Assembly (NCBI GenBank): GCA_963700285.1
Contig: CAVOXA010000001.1
Span: forward strand, 1,440,001 to 1,504,000
DNA from: an uncultured Chloroflexia bacterium
Lineage (GTDB): Bacteria > Chloroflexota > Anaerolineae > JAAYZQ01
Length of the DNA stretch: 64,000 nucleotides
Reading direction: 5' to 3'
Every line of letters starts with the position of its first letter. Position 1 is the first letter of the stretch. The notes below the pieces were generated by a model that made no database searches, had not been told where the DNA came from, and saw only the letters and a list, made by a program, of their open reading frames with translations. Positions 50,537 through 61,487 of the stretch are shown in pieces. The translations under genes and the position numbers were made by a program.

Positions 50537-51364
50537 TCACGCTTCAGCGTCTGCCCACGCCTGGCGCACAAAGTCAACGGCTGTCTTGATGCCTGCCTGG
50601 CCCGTCCCACTGGCTTCCTCGATGCAGATCCAGCCGTCAAATCCCCTGCTTCGCAGGAGCGCAAAGATCTCTGCAAAAGGAACCAGGCCAGTGCCGATCA
50701 CAGTCGGTTCCAGGGTTCCGCGCGTGTTGGTATCTGCTGCATGCACGCTCACCATCCGATCCATCACCTGGTCGAGAACCGGCAGCGGATCATCTCCGGC
50801 AACCAGGGTATTGGCGGTATCGAAATTGATGCCAAGCGCCGTGCCGGCTGTGGCCCCGACGATGGCCAGAAAGATGTCCGTAGGATGGGCAAAGTCGGCA
50901 TAGTCCCAAACGCCCGGCTTGGAATGGTTCTCGAACACAAGCTGGATGCCATGCTTATCCGCAACAGGGAGGGCGCTGGTCAGCCCCTCGATGGCCCACG
51001 TGAGCCCCTTATCTCGCTCTGTTTCAGGGTGAGCCTGGCCCGCCGTGGCGCGCACCATGGCGGCGCCAAGAGCAGCAGCGGCAGCGATATGTTGCTCGAG
51101 GCGGGTTGCCTCGCGCACTCGGACCTCTGCGCTCGGATTGGTAAAGTCGGGATAGGTGGTGACCATGGCCACCCTCATCCCCGCAGCTTCGATCTCCCGT
51201 CGCAAGGCGCTCAAATCGCTTGGATCGAGACCCTCGACGAAGAGGATGCTGAGATCGACGGCATCCAACCCTACGCTGGCCGCCTCGCGGGCCCACTGTC
51301 CGACCGACATGGTACCGCCAATGATCTGTCTAAAGTAGGATACCGGCAGACAACTGAGTTTCAT
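50537..51364 (-). CDS. Sugar phosphate isomerase/epimerase (xylose isomerase-like TIM barrel)
   Basis: FENH, NFDTAN, VHAAD, GTGLVPF, GWICIEE. Confidence 0.87.
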   Translation of the reverse strand: MKLSCLPVSYFRQIIGGTMSVGQWAREAASVGLDAVDLSILFVEGLDPSDLSALRREIEAAGMRVAMVTTYPDFTNPSAEVRVREATRLEQHIAAAAALGAAMVRATAGQAHPETERDKGLTWAIEGLTSALPVADKHGIQLVFENHSKPGVWDYADFAHPTDIFLAIVGATAGTALGINFDTANTLVAGDDPLPVLDQVMDRMVSVHAADTNTRGTLEPTVIGTGLVPFAEIFALLRSRGFDGWICIEEASGTGQAGIKTAVDFVRQAWADAEA

Positions 51365-51559
51365 ATTCCCCTCTCGATGTAGTCAAGAACACCCACAAAG
51401 CTCGAAGGTTACCTTCCTAATGTGTGAAGGTCGCCCTCTTCCTGCTCGCAGGGCTTCCCTTAGATGGGTGAAGGTCTCTCGACCGAGCCCAATGCGCCTC
51501 GATCATCAGTCCGGGTCTGAAGACAGACCATTGGCGAACAAGCGCTTGATCTGGCAAGC

Positions 51560-52999
51560 CTAGAACAATCCTGCTATCCGCTCTGCCATAGCGTCGATCA
51601 CGGTCTCCAGGCAGCCTGGGGCCAGGATGGAGGGCTCCTCCTGGTACAAGCCCTGCCCATAGCGGTCCGCTGGCAGCAGATAACCAACCGGCTGGTCGCC
51701 CGACACCGGGGACAGGAGGATAGCCCTTTCAGGAAAGCGCCTGCGCAGCTCAACCTGCAGCAGGTTGTAGGGCTCCCCACTGCAAGTCGCCCATACGGCA
51801 TCCCCCAGGCGATGGACCGAGTAGTGGAAGGAGTAGGCCCCTCCATCTGGCAGCGTGTTCACCTTTGCGAGCCAGCGCCGCGCCCGCTCGGCGCGAGCCC
51901 CAAAGTCCCGGGCCGCTATCGTATCACCGCGGTCCTCGGCTTCTTGATGCCGCGCCAGCCATTGGTCGAGTTCCTGCTGGAGAGACCGAGGATCCGGCTT
52001 GGGTCTGAGGGGCAGATCGATGGTATAGGTTCTACCTTCAAACCGGGCAGCCGCCGCCTGGTGCTGGGCGGCCAGCGGAACGTGGTCCCAAACCCCAAGC
52101 GTGGCGCCAGAGATCACTGGTCCCTGGTACACGTAGTCGGTTCCCGGCGGCCCCATGGACTCCAGGGACGAGAGGGCGGCGTAGGCCAGCCAACGGCCAT
52201 TCTGGTCAGCGACAGCGGGTCCGCCGATATAGTCTCGGCGAGGTCCCAAATCACCACAGGCCCCCTGGGCATAGATGCAGGGCGCACCGGTCATGGATGT
52301 GACCGTTTCTCTCATGGCTCCAGCAAAATCGGGGCTGATCAGGGTGTTTTCGTAGGCCAGGGTGGTGGCATGGCAGCCATAGTTGACGATCACGGCCAGG
52401 GTTTCTCCCGATTGATCTGTCACGCGAGCGACCAGGACGGTATCATCGGCCTCAGCGTCGGGGTTCAGGCCACAGACAAAGCAGTTGTTCTCCTCGTCCC
52501 AAAAGTCCCGGTTAGCGGCCATGTTGCAGCGCCCAAAGGCGTAGGTGATGGTCGCCTCTTTCAGGCAGGCTGATGCCTCCTGGGCAGCCAGCTCCAGCCT
52601 GGCCTGCATCTCGGCCAGGTAGAGCGGGATCATGTCTCCGCCCGGCATCGCCTGGCGGTCGGGGCTGAAGCCGCCGGAAGCGTGGGTGTGGGAGTAGGAC
52701 ACAACCGTTTGTTCGAGGGGCAAGCCACTGGCCTTGCTCAAGGCCGTTCGCAGCTCGTTGTGCTGGCGAAGGGGCAAGTTGATCAGATCCAGGTGAGCCC
52801 GGAGCAGCGCCGGACCGGCCCCATCGATGGAGCCGATCACCATGACATCACCCAGAAGAGGGCGGTGAACTCCTGTGGCCCGGTCGTGCCTGGCAGCTCC
52901 CCACAGACGATGATAGATGCCTACGGGCGGTGTGATGTCAGTACGAGCGTAGCCCCAGCGGACCCTAGATGTCGGCGCAGGTACAATTGCAGCAGTCAT
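51560..52999 (-). CDS. Neutral/alkaline ceramidase-like N-terminal domain protein
   Basis: DITPPVG, SHTHAS, NYGCHAT, ISPDFAG, QGACGDLGP. Confidence 0.72.
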   Translation of the reverse strand: MTAAIVPAPTSRVRWGYARTDITPPVGIYHRLWGAARHDRATGVHRPLLGDVMVIGSIDGAGPALLRAHLDLINLPLRQHNELRTALSKASGLPLEQTVVSYSHTHASGGFSPDRQAMPGGDMIPLYLAEMQARLELAAQEASACLKEATITYAFGRCNMAANRDFWDEENNCFVCGLNPDAEADDTVLVARVTDQSGETLAVIVNYGCHATTLAYENTLISPDFAGAMRETVTSMTGAPCIYAQGACGDLGPRRDYIGGPAVADQNGRWLAYAALSSLESMGPPGTDYVYQGPVISGATLGVWDHVPLAAQHQAAAARFEGRTYTIDLPLRPKPDPRSLQQELDQWLARHQEAEDRGDTIAARDFGARAERARRWLAKVNTLPDGGAYSFHYSVHRLGDAVWATCSGEPYNLLQVELRRRFPERAILLSPVSGDQPVGYLLPADRYGQGLYQEEPSILAPGCLETVIDAMAERIAGLF

Positions 53000-53011
53000 G
53001 CCAATCCTCCA

Positions 53012-53225
53012 TTAGAAGTTGGTCAAGAAATCGGATCGTATCGTCGATGTCCCCTTTGTCGGCGATCAGGGGCGGGGCGAGCGTGATCATGTCCATCTGG
53101 CAGCGCATGGCTTCCATCACCCGCGGATGGCGGTGTCCCAGGACTACCAAAGACACCTCCGATGGCGTCAAAGTATCGTTTGCCGTGGATGTCCCAGTAG
53201 TACAGCCCTTCCGCCCTCTCATCGA
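53012..53225 (-). pseudogene. Internally deleted class III aminotransferase remnant
   Basis: RAEGLYYWDIHGKRYFDAIGG..LGHRHPRVMEAM (N-terminus) is joined directly to TLAPPLIADKGDIDD (C-terminus). Confidence 0.8.
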
Positions 53226-53285
53226 GCTTTCTCCCAATGCTGGCTCTGCCCTCTCGAGGTCCCGAACCCTCTTCAGGCGGAGCCG

Positions 53286-54785
53286 CTACTGTATTCGCAC
53301 TGCTTTGTAGTAGTCTCGAAATGCGCGGAATCCCTCGTCGTAGACTGAAGCGACGCCCGGATCCGGGGCCAGCCGCGTTTCCTGGCCGCCAAAGGCAGCA
53401 AAGCCGGCCTCAGGATCGGCAAAGTGTCCAGCACCCACGCCGCCCAGGATGGCTGCCCCCCGGCCTGCTGCCTGTTTGGAGGACGGCAGCGCTACCGGGA
53501 CGCCCACGACGTCGGCCACGATCTGCGGCCAGGCCGGGCTCTCGGCCGCCCCGCCAACCATCGTCATTTCCGCTACGCGCATGCCTGCGTCCTGCATCTC
53601 CTGGACAACCCAGCGTAGCTCATAGGCAATGCCCTCCATCACGGCACGAGCCATGTCAGCGCGGTTGTGAGCCAGAGACATGCCAAGAAAGCCGCCTCCG
53701 GTCCGGGCAAAGGCCAGGCTGTGTCCTCCTGTCAGTGGGAAGAAGAACAGACCGCTAGCCCCAGGTGGGGACTGGACCACGGAGCGATTGACGGCCGCGT
53801 AGAGGCCGTCCCGCCCTTCACCTACACCTTTTCCATCCCAGACGTTGTCGACAAGCCATTCCAGGGAGGTACCCACACCGCCCATGGATCGCAGCGCTCC
53901 CCAACGGCCCTTGACCGCGTGGTGGCTGACTGCCATGCCGTTGTCTAGGGCAACACCCTTGTCTGCCGGGACCGCCAGAATGACCCAGGCCGTGCCGCAG
54001 GAGAGCAGCACTTGCCCCGGACGTGTGACCCCAGCCCCAACTGCAGCGCAGTACTGATCGTGGGCGCCATTGACCACCAGGACGTCCTGGGACAGGCTTG
54101 TCGCCGCGCTGGCCTCTGCCGTCAGCCTACCTACAGGGAAGCCGGAGGGCTGCATCGGTGACATTTGGTTTCGTCTGGCGCCAGCGAACGCTAGCAATTG
54201 TTCGTCCCAATCCCCGGTATCCAGGTTCAGGAGCTGGGTGATGCCCGCGTCCGAGGGGTTCATGCACAGCCGCCCTGTCAGGCGTTGTACAACAAAGTCA
54301 TTTACAAACAGGAATTGCCGCGTCGCCGCAAATGCCTCTGGACAGTGCTCGCGGAACCAGGCAATGAGCAGCAGGGGCAATCCGCCGCCCAGGCGCCAAC
54401 CGGTGGTGCGGTGGATGAACTCGGCGCCGAACTGGTCCCTGACGCGTTGGGCTTGCTCACCGGCGCGGTGGTCCATCCAACTGAAAGCATGGTGCGTGGG
54501 TTGGCCGTCAGCGCCGACAGGGATGGCCGTACCTGCCTGCGACGATAGACCCAGCGCGATGATCCTGGTATTGCACCCAGCTTGCTGGGCGACAGAGCGG
54601 CAGGTTGATACGACTCCGCGCCACAGGTGCTCGGGATCTTGTTCCACCCACCCGTCCTGGGGGGTGATCAGGCCGTAGCTGTAGCTGGCCGCGGCGACCT
54701 CGCGTCCCCGGCTATCCAGGAGCAGCGCTTTGGTCGCCGTTGTGCCCACGTCTAGCCCTAGGAACAGGTCTGTAGATGCGCTCAT
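53286..54785 (-). CDS. FGGY-family carbohydrate kinase (xylulokinase/gluconokinase-like)
   Basis: GLDVGTTATK, WVEQDP, GAHDQ, SCGT, RAVMEGIA, VGGAAES. Confidence 0.92.
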   Translation of the reverse strand: MSASTDLFLGLDVGTTATKALLLDSRGREVAAASYSYGLITPQDGWVEQDPEHLWRGVVSTCRSVAQQAGCNTRIIALGLSSQAGTAIPVGADGQPTHHAFSWMDHRAGEQAQRVRDQFGAEFIHRTTGWRLGGGLPLLLIAWFREHCPEAFAATRQFLFVNDFVVQRLTGRLCMNPSDAGITQLLNLDTGDWDEQLLAFAGARRNQMSPMQPSGFPVGRLTAEASAATSLSQDVLVVNGAHDQYCAAVGAGVTRPGQVLLSCGTAWVILAVPADKGVALDNGMAVSHHAVKGRWGALRSMGGVGTSLEWLVDNVWDGKGVGEGRDGLYAAVNRSVVQSPPGASGLFFFPLTGGHSLAFARTGGGFLGMSLAHNRADMARAVMEGIAYELRWVVQEMQDAGMRVAEMTMVGGAAESPAWPQIVADVVGVPVALPSSKQAAGRGAAILGGVGAGHFADPEAGFAAFGGQETRLAPDPGVASVYDEGFRAFRDYYKAVRIQ

Positions 54786-54787
54786 GC

Positions 54788-55847
54788 TCAAACCCTGGTC
54801 TCGACCCCGTCCCTCACCTTGGCAATGACGCCCACAGCGTTGCCGTAAAAGACGTCCTCGACGTCTGTCGTGGACAGCTCTGTCGCCTCGGCTGCCTCTC
54901 GAAAGGCGAGCAGCTCTTCGTACATAAAGAAGGATAGTCTCTCACCCTCTTCCCGGCTGACCTCGCCCATGTTGGGGTCGTCGCTAACGTCACCATACAG
55001 GCCGGGCGGCACCAGATTGACATATTTCCCATCCCGGCAGATGCGCCGCATGCGCATGCGCAGAATGGGCATGTCGCTGCCAAACAGGATGCGCTTGGCG
55101 CCCACGGTGCGGATCAGCCCCTCCATGACCTGGGCATTGGTGTGGGCGCTAAAGTCAAAGAGCATTCGCTCGGTGTCTTGCAGAACCTCGAAGGCGTTGC
55201 CTACATCTTCCTGGCAGTAGGCGCGACCGATGTGGGCAATGATCAACTGCAGATTGGGATACCGGCGCTCGATCTCCAACATGGCCTCGAGATTTACCGG
55301 ATCCCGGAGGCGGTCTCTGCGAGGGATGTGCAGCATCACCAGCCAGCTGCCGTCGTCTGCTGCTTCGAGGTGGGCGTGGGGCAGAAAATCCTCGATGGTG
55401 ATATCACCCGAGGCGATGTGGGCCGGCGCAAAGTTGAGGTAGGGCTTGAGCCCCAAAAAGCCTCCATCGCGTACCCGCTGGGTGACTTCCTCGGCCGTCC
55501 AGTCAGGGGTGCTGACCAGCAGGCTGGGAAGGTCGTGCTGCTGGGCGACCTGGCTGATGTAGCCGTTGGTCTGGTCCATGATCGACGCCCCGCCGCGGCG
55601 AGCCAAAGACCAGGGGGGTCACCTGCTGCTCGGGGAACATCAGCTTGTAGGTCTCGAACAGATCCTCAATGGGATTGTCCTCGGCCACAAGGCTCGGCCA
55701 CTTGGCGCCACGCGTCAAAGGGTCTTCATGCTGGAAGAACTCTTTACGCCATACGTGGGTATGGATGTCGATCATTCTGGCCGGCAGGAACCCGGCCAGA
55801 TGCTGGCGGTAGAATTCCCGGTCAACGTCCTTCATTTCAAAGAGCAT
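54788..55847 (-). CDS. Amidohydrolase_2 family protein (frameshift near 55595)
   Basis: IDIHTH; GLKPY, MLHIP, IAHIGRA, LFGSDMP. Confidence 0.82.
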
Positions 55848-55910
55848 TGTTTGGTCTCCAGTCGATGGGGCGTGATTCCCGCCGCTGTCGCGGCTTCTCT
55901 ATGGCAGTCG

Positions 55911-57200
55911 CTACAAGCCGGCGAGTGGGTGGTCGGGCGGGCCCCAGTCCTTGTACATTGCTTCGTGATACGGTTCCTCCTGCTGCCGCTGGCGGATGCT
56001 CTGGAGCGCCTGCTGGTCGGGCAACAAGGTCTGGCCCAGTGTAGCGTGATTGGGCAAAAGATATGGCTCTGGCGTTCCAGGCCTGCAGGAATAGTGGTCG
56101 TTCTCCCATTCCTTGCGAACCGCCTCGTCACGCAGGTCGGGGATGTCGATCCAGCCCCCACCCTGCAGAACTGAGCGCCAGGCAAGGTTGCCCACCAGGG
56201 TCATGTCCAGGCCCATATAGACGTCGATGTCCGGCTTTTCGCCAGTCTGGATCGCCCTGGCGAACTCGTACATCAAGAACAGGTCAGAGCCCCAATGCTG
56301 GGTCTGTGCCGCCTTCTTGTTCCAGCGTGGGTGCCTGGCCGTGTAGCGCCGGATCTCCTGGTCCTCGTCGAGAAAGACGGTTACCTCGTTGGGGTCGGGC
56401 CAGCGGTTGCTCTCGATGCAGCCCTTGCTGCCGCCGACAGAGTACCAGGGCTGCCAGGGCTCCCGTGGGTAGGGGCCGCCGTGCAGGCTCTTGACCAGCG
56501 CCCCGTTCTCCAGCCGGACCATCTCCATGGCCGGCGTCTGGGCTGGCAGCATACCCTCCTTGTCCATGCCCAGCAGCCCGGTCGCAGCCTGGACGGCGAC
56601 CGGGCGAAGACCGGTAATGCGCAGGATCGGCCCGATGGAGTGGGTTACATAAAACGTTGGATACATCCACAGCCGCCAGTGGTGGGGAAGGTTTAGGTCG
56701 ACGAGTTTGTGTACGACGTCGCGGGCAAAGTGCACGTATTCTCCCTCGGCGTAGCGCAGCTCGCCCAACGCGCCCGACTCGTAGAGGCGGCGCATTTCCT
56801 GTACAAAGGCCAGGTAGCAGAAATTCTCGCCGAAAAAGTATACCTTGCCGCTGGCTTCCACCGCCCGGGCCAGTTCCACGCCCTCGGCGATGGTCACGCA
56901 GGCCGGCACCTCGCTCAGGACGTGCTTGTCCGCGTGGAGGGCCTGGCAAACCGCCGGCACGTGCTCGTCGGCATAGTTGGCCACCGCGATGGCGTCGAGT
57001 CCCTCGTCGGCCAGCATCTCTTCGTAGGACGTGAACAGCCTGGCCTCGGGGTACATATTGCCGATGATGCGCAGCCGTTCCCGGCTGCGACCGCAAAAGG
57101 CGGCTACGGTCACCTGCGGCAACTGTGCGGCGGCTTCGGCAAAGGCGGTACCCCGGCGCGTGCCGAGGACGCCTAGTTGAACTGTGTTGGTAGAGACCAT
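55911..57200 (-). CDS. Gfo/Idh/MocA family oxidoreductase
   Basis: LGVLG, HVLSEVP, GENFCY, YAEGEYVH, YVTHSIGP, HWGSD. Confidence 0.9.
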   Translation of the reverse strand: MVSTNTVQLGVLGTRRGTAFAEAAAQLPQVTVAAFCGRSRERLRIIGNMYPEARLFTSYEEMLADEGLDAIAVANYADEHVPAVCQALHADKHVLSEVPACVTIAEGVELARAVEASGKVYFFGENFCYLAFVQEMRRLYESGALGELRYAEGEYVHFARDVVHKLVDLNLPHHWRLWMYPTFYVTHSIGPILRITGLRPVAVQAATGLLGMDKEGMLPAQTPAMEMVRLENGALVKSLHGGPYPREPWQPWYSVGGSKGCIESNRWPDPNEVTVFLDEDQEIRRYTARHPRWNKKAAQTQHWGSDLFLMYEFARAIQTGEKPDIDVYMGLDMTLVGNLAWRSVLQGGGWIDIPDLRDEAVRKEWENDHYSCRPGTPEPYLLPNHATLGQTLLPDQQALQSIRQRQQEEPYHEAMYKDWGPPDHPLAGL

Positions 57201-57314
57201 TGTCCTCTTCCAGTTTCAGATTTGGGTTTTCTGATCGCAGGGTGCCTGCTGCCTGAGCAAGTTCGGAGCTCCTGGCGTGAGATCATGTTCCCAAAGTGCC
57301 CGAATGATCTCGCC

Positions 57315-58301
57315 CTAATCTAGTTTCATACGCGGGTCAAGGGCGGAGCGCAGCCCATCGCCGAACATGTTCACGGCCAGCACGGTGAAGGCAATGGCCA
57401 GCCCCGGATAGATAGTCATCCAGGGCGCCTGGTTCATAAAGCGCCGGCCGCTATTAAGGATGACGCCCCACTCGGGATCTGGCCGCTGGACCCCCAGGCC
57501 GATGAAACTCAGGGCGGCGGCGGTGAGGATCGCCGTGCCGATGTTCATGCTGCCCAGCACAATCAGCGAGGAAGCGATGTTGGGCAGGATGTGCCGCCCC
57601 AGGATGCGCCCGGTCCTGGCTCCGGTACATCTGGCTGCTTCGACGTACAGTTCCTGCTTGGCGCTGAGCACGGTACTGCGTACCAGGCGCGTGTAAACGG
57701 GGATCCAGGCAAAGCCGATGGCCAGCATCACGTTGGTGAGCCCGGGACCAAGGATGGCGATGACGGCCATGGCCAGCAGGATGCCCGGGAAGGCGTACAG
57801 GATATCGATCCCGCGTTGCGTGACAAAGTCCAGCGTGCCGCCGAAATAGCCCGATAAGAGGCCAAAGATGGTGCCAAAGATGAGGCCGATGGCGTTGCAC
57901 ATGATGGCCACCTGGAGTGAGACGGTGGTGCCGTGCAAGACGCGGCTAAAGAGATCCCGACCGTACTCGTCGCAGCCCATGATGTGGGGGAAGGCATGGA
58001 CCTCATTGTCATTCGCGTCCCAACCCAGCAGTTCGCCCTGGAAAGTGGGCTCGCAGAACTGGGCGCTAGGATTCATTTCGATGGGATCGTAGGGGGCTAT
58101 GACCGGGGCCAAGATGCCCAGGATGACGAACAGGATCAGAACGGCCAGCCCGACCATGGCCGCCTTGTTTTTCCACAGCTCGCGGCGGACGATCTGCCAC
58201 TGCGTCTGCGGCTTGCGCGCCAGATCCTGGATCTCCTGGCGCACGTGGTCCTGGATCTCGGCCTTCAGGCCGTGGGGATCCTTATCGGTGCTTTGAGCCA
58301 T
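57315..58301 (-). CDS. Peptide/nickel ABC transporter permease (DppC/OppC-like)
   Basis: MGCDEYGRDLFSR, YVEAARCTGA, ILPN, LSFIGLG, GDGLRSALDPR. Confidence 0.93.
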   Translation of the reverse strand: MAQSTDKDPHGLKAEIQDHVRQEIQDLARKPQTQWQIVRRELWKNKAAMVGLAVLILFVILGILAPVIAPYDPIEMNPSAQFCEPTFQGELLGWDANDNEVHAFPHIMGCDEYGRDLFSRVLHGTTVSLQVAIMCNAIGLIFGTIFGLLSGYFGGTLDFVTQRGIDILYAFPGILLAMAVIAILGPGLTNVMLAIGFAWIPVYTRLVRSTVLSAKQELYVEAARCTGARTGRILGRHILPNIASSLIVLGSMNIGTAILTAAALSFIGLGVQRPDPEWGVILNSGRRFMNQAPWMTIYPGLAIAFTVLAVNMFGDGLRSALDPRMKLD

Positions 58302-58318
58302 GCAGAAACCTCAACGTT

Positions 58319-59246
58319 TCATTCCTGGAGCCTGATTCTTGGGTCCAAATAGGCGTAGGAAGCGTCGATCAAGATATTCGATACGACATAGATGATTGCG
58401 GTAAAGAGCACGACGCCCTGGGCCACGGTAAAGTCCTTGTAGATGATCGAGTGGACGGCCAGCCTGCCGATGCCGGGCCGGGCGAACACCGTTTCGATGA
58501 CGACCGCGCCGGCCAGCAAGCGCCCCAATTGCACGCCCATGATGGTGACCACGGGGATGAGGGCATTCTTGAGTGCGTGGCGGATGACGGTCACTCGTTC
58601 CTGCACACCCTTGGCCCGCGCCGTGCGGATATAGTCCTGCTGGAGGACCTCGACCAGGTTGGAACGCGTCATGCGAGCGATGACGGCCATCTCGGCGATG
58701 CCGATGGCAATGACGGGCATGATGAGGTGCTGCCAACTGCCCACGCCCGATGAGGGAAGTCATCTTCAATCGCACCGAGAAGAAAAAGATCATCATCAGC
58801 CCGATCCAAAAGCCTGGGATAGACACCCCAGCCACGGACAGGGCCATAACGGCGTTGTCCAGCCAGGAATTGTAATTGACCCCGGCCAGGATGCCCAGCG
58901 AAAAGCCCAGGATGGACGCCATGAGCATGCCCAGCAGGGCCAGTTGCAGGGTGTAGGGGAACTGCTCCAGGATTAGGTCTGTGACGGTCCGTCCACCCTG
59001 GATCGACCGGCCCAGGTCACCCTGAACCGCCCGGCCTATGAACTTGGCGTACTGGACCATGAGTGGGTCGTTTAGCCCCAGCCGGTCACGGATGGTCTGG
59101 ATCTGGGCTTCGGTCATCGATTGCTGGGCGAAAATGGCCGAGATGGGGTCGCCAGGGATGAGATGCAGCATAAAAAACACGAGCGTCGCCACACCCAGAA
59201 TCACCGGAACAGCAAAGACGAAACGCCGGATGATGTATTTGGTCAT
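58319..59246 (-). CDS. Peptide/nickel ABC transporter permease (DppB/OppB-like; frameshift near 58750)
   Basis: PGDP, GDLGRS, DYIRTARAKG, HALKNA, ETVFARPGIG, LDPRIR. Confidence 0.9.
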
Positions 59247-59273
59247 ACCGATTTCCCTACACCTGTTTCTAAA

Positions 59274-59304
59274 GCTGGGCAGGGAGCCGCGCTCCCTGCC
59301 CAGC
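59274..59304 (-). terminator. Intercistronic stem-loop between solute-binding protein and permease genes
   Basis: GCTGGGCAGGGAGC-cgc-GCTCCCTGCCCAGC followed by TTT on the minus strand. Confidence 0.7.
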
Positions 59305-59352
59305 GCGCGCCTGAGCAATCAGAGACTGCTCAGGTGGCTGTGCGACTATCCC

Positions 59353-61099
59353 CTAGGGTAGGATGTAGGCTTCGTAGAGCCAGGGATAGAAGGCCGTGGC
59401 GTCAAAGGCGATGCCCTTGACGCTATCCTTGATGCCGGTGTAGAAAGCCAGTTCGACGATGGGTACCTCGTAGGCGTTCTCCATGATCTGCATCTGGATC
59501 TGCTTGATCAGCTCGTTGCGCTCGTCCATGTCCAAGGTCGACTGGGCGTCGGCAATGAGCTGGTCCAGCACCGGGTCGTCCAGGCAGGCCCAGTTGGAGC
59601 TGGCCTGGGTGCCAAAGAAGCCCTTCAGGTCCAGCGGGTCAACCGACACCCCGCCGTTGCAGGGCATGGCTTCGGTGCAGCTATCGCCCCGCTCGTTGTT
59701 GGCCGCGCCGGACAGGGTGCTGATCTCGGCGTCAAAGCCGACGGCGATCAGGTTGGCCTGGAGGAACTCGACCCACTCGTTCCAGCCCTCGTTCTGGCCG
59801 ATGACGACTTTTAGCGTCTCGCCGTCCTTCTCGCGGATGCCGTCGCCATCGCTGTCGACCCAGCCGGCCCCTTCCAGGAGCTCCATGGCCTTCTCCGGGT
59901 CATAGTTGTAGAGCCGCTCGACCTCTGGGTTGTAGGCTTCCTTGTCCCACTTGGTCACGGGGCCATAGGCCGGCACCGTCAGGCCAAAGTAGACCACGTC
60001 GGCGATGCCCTGCTTGTCGGTGGCATAGTTGATGGCCTGGCGGACGGCAAGGTCATTGGTGGGCGAGATGGAGACGTTGATGGCGTTGTGCTGGGGTACG
60101 CCAGGGATAAAGTTGGAGATGATGTCCAGACCCGGCGTTTCGGCCAGGCGTCCGGCGTCGGCGTATGGCACGCGTGAGATCACGTCGGCGTCGCCCGATT
60201 CCAGGGCGGCGGTGCGGGTGGCGTCCTCCTGGATATACTGGAAGACGATCTCATCCAGGTAGGCGGGCCCATCGTGGATGAACATGGGCGAGGCCCAGTT
60301 ATAGTCCGGGTTCTTGACGACTTTGACGTGCGAGCCGGGCAGCCATTCCTCAAAGATGTAGGGCCCGGTGCCCACGGGGTTGGTGCCAAACTCCTCGCCA
60401 AGCTCGGCTGTCGCCTTGGGCGAACCGATGCCCGAAGCCGTGCGCGCCAGATCCTGGAGCCACAGGATGTTCGAGTCCTTGAGGTTGAAGCGAACGCGAA
60501 TAGTCGCCCGTCTTCTCAACGCGTCTCGATCTGGTCGGTCCAGCGGACGATCGCGCCGATGGGGATAGTCGGGGTCCATGATGCGCTCGAACCAGGCGAC
60601 GACGGCATCGGCGTTGAATGGCTCGCCGTCGTGGAAGGTGACGTCGTCGCGCAGTTCCATGTCAAAGACGGTATAGTCGTCGTTGTGCGTCCAGGACGTG
60701 GCCAACCCGGCTGCAGGTTCATGTCCGCGTCCAACCAGATCAGATTGTCAAAGATCTGGTAAGATGGTCATGAACTCGACGGCATACTTGCTCTGTCCCG
60801 GATCGAGGGTCGAGCCCTCCTGGTTGATGACGTAGGTCAGCGTGCCGCCCAGCTGACTGCGCCGCGGCGTCGGGGGTCGCGGTGATGACTACCTCGACCT
60901 CTTTTTCAACTTCCTTGACGACCTCTTTCTCGACCTCGACGATCTCGGTCACAACCTTTTCGACCTGCTTCTCGACCTCGACGACGACGGTTTCTTTGAC
61001 GACCTCCCTGACGACTTCCGGCGCGCCGCCGCAGGCAGCCAGCGCGGTCATCATGGTCAGGACGACCAGCAGAAACAGCAACTTTTTGGCGTTCTTCAT
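59353..61099 (-). CDS. Family-5 ABC solute-binding lipoprotein with Val/Glu/Lys-rich linker (several frameshifts)
   Basis: Lipobox LAAC; VVKETVVVEVEKQVEK; TFHDGEPFNADAV, PVGTGPY, VRQAINYA, DSDGDGIREKDG. Confidence 0.9.
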
Positions 61100-61487
61100 T
61101 TCACACTCCTCCTGAATTTTGTGTGCCCCCAGGGGCTCTCGAACTGCGACCGATACTGATCCTAGCTTGTCCGGCATATTTGGCGGGACCGTCGAGTCGG
61201 GGCAAACAGCCCAGATGGCGCCCGGTGTTGCAGAGCTGGAACCGGGCAACGACTGACCCTTGGTCCTTGCGGCATCACCCCCTTCCTTCGTTCAGGGCAT
61301 TGGCGAGAGCAGGACCGGCCTCTGCGTAGTGCCTGAGGCTGGCCAAGGCGCCGCTCTAGTAATGCCCGCGACTACCATCTGTTCTGGCGCACCATAGCCA
61401 ACATTCCTACTCTTTCAGTGAAGCCCGGATATGCTGGATTCGAACTGCGGCAAACGATGTTGTGTTGACATGCCACGACCTGGGCAT

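Noticed and set aside
51462-51535. Degenerate REP-like palindromes (GGTCTCTCGACC, GGGTCTGAAGACAGACCC)
   Set aside because: Single, imperfect copy in this window; a repeat family cannot be established without the genome.
60880-61020. Repetitive TCGACC/TTCTCGAC tract
   Set aside because: It encodes the Val/Glu/Lys-rich linker of the lipoprotein and is not an independent repeat element.
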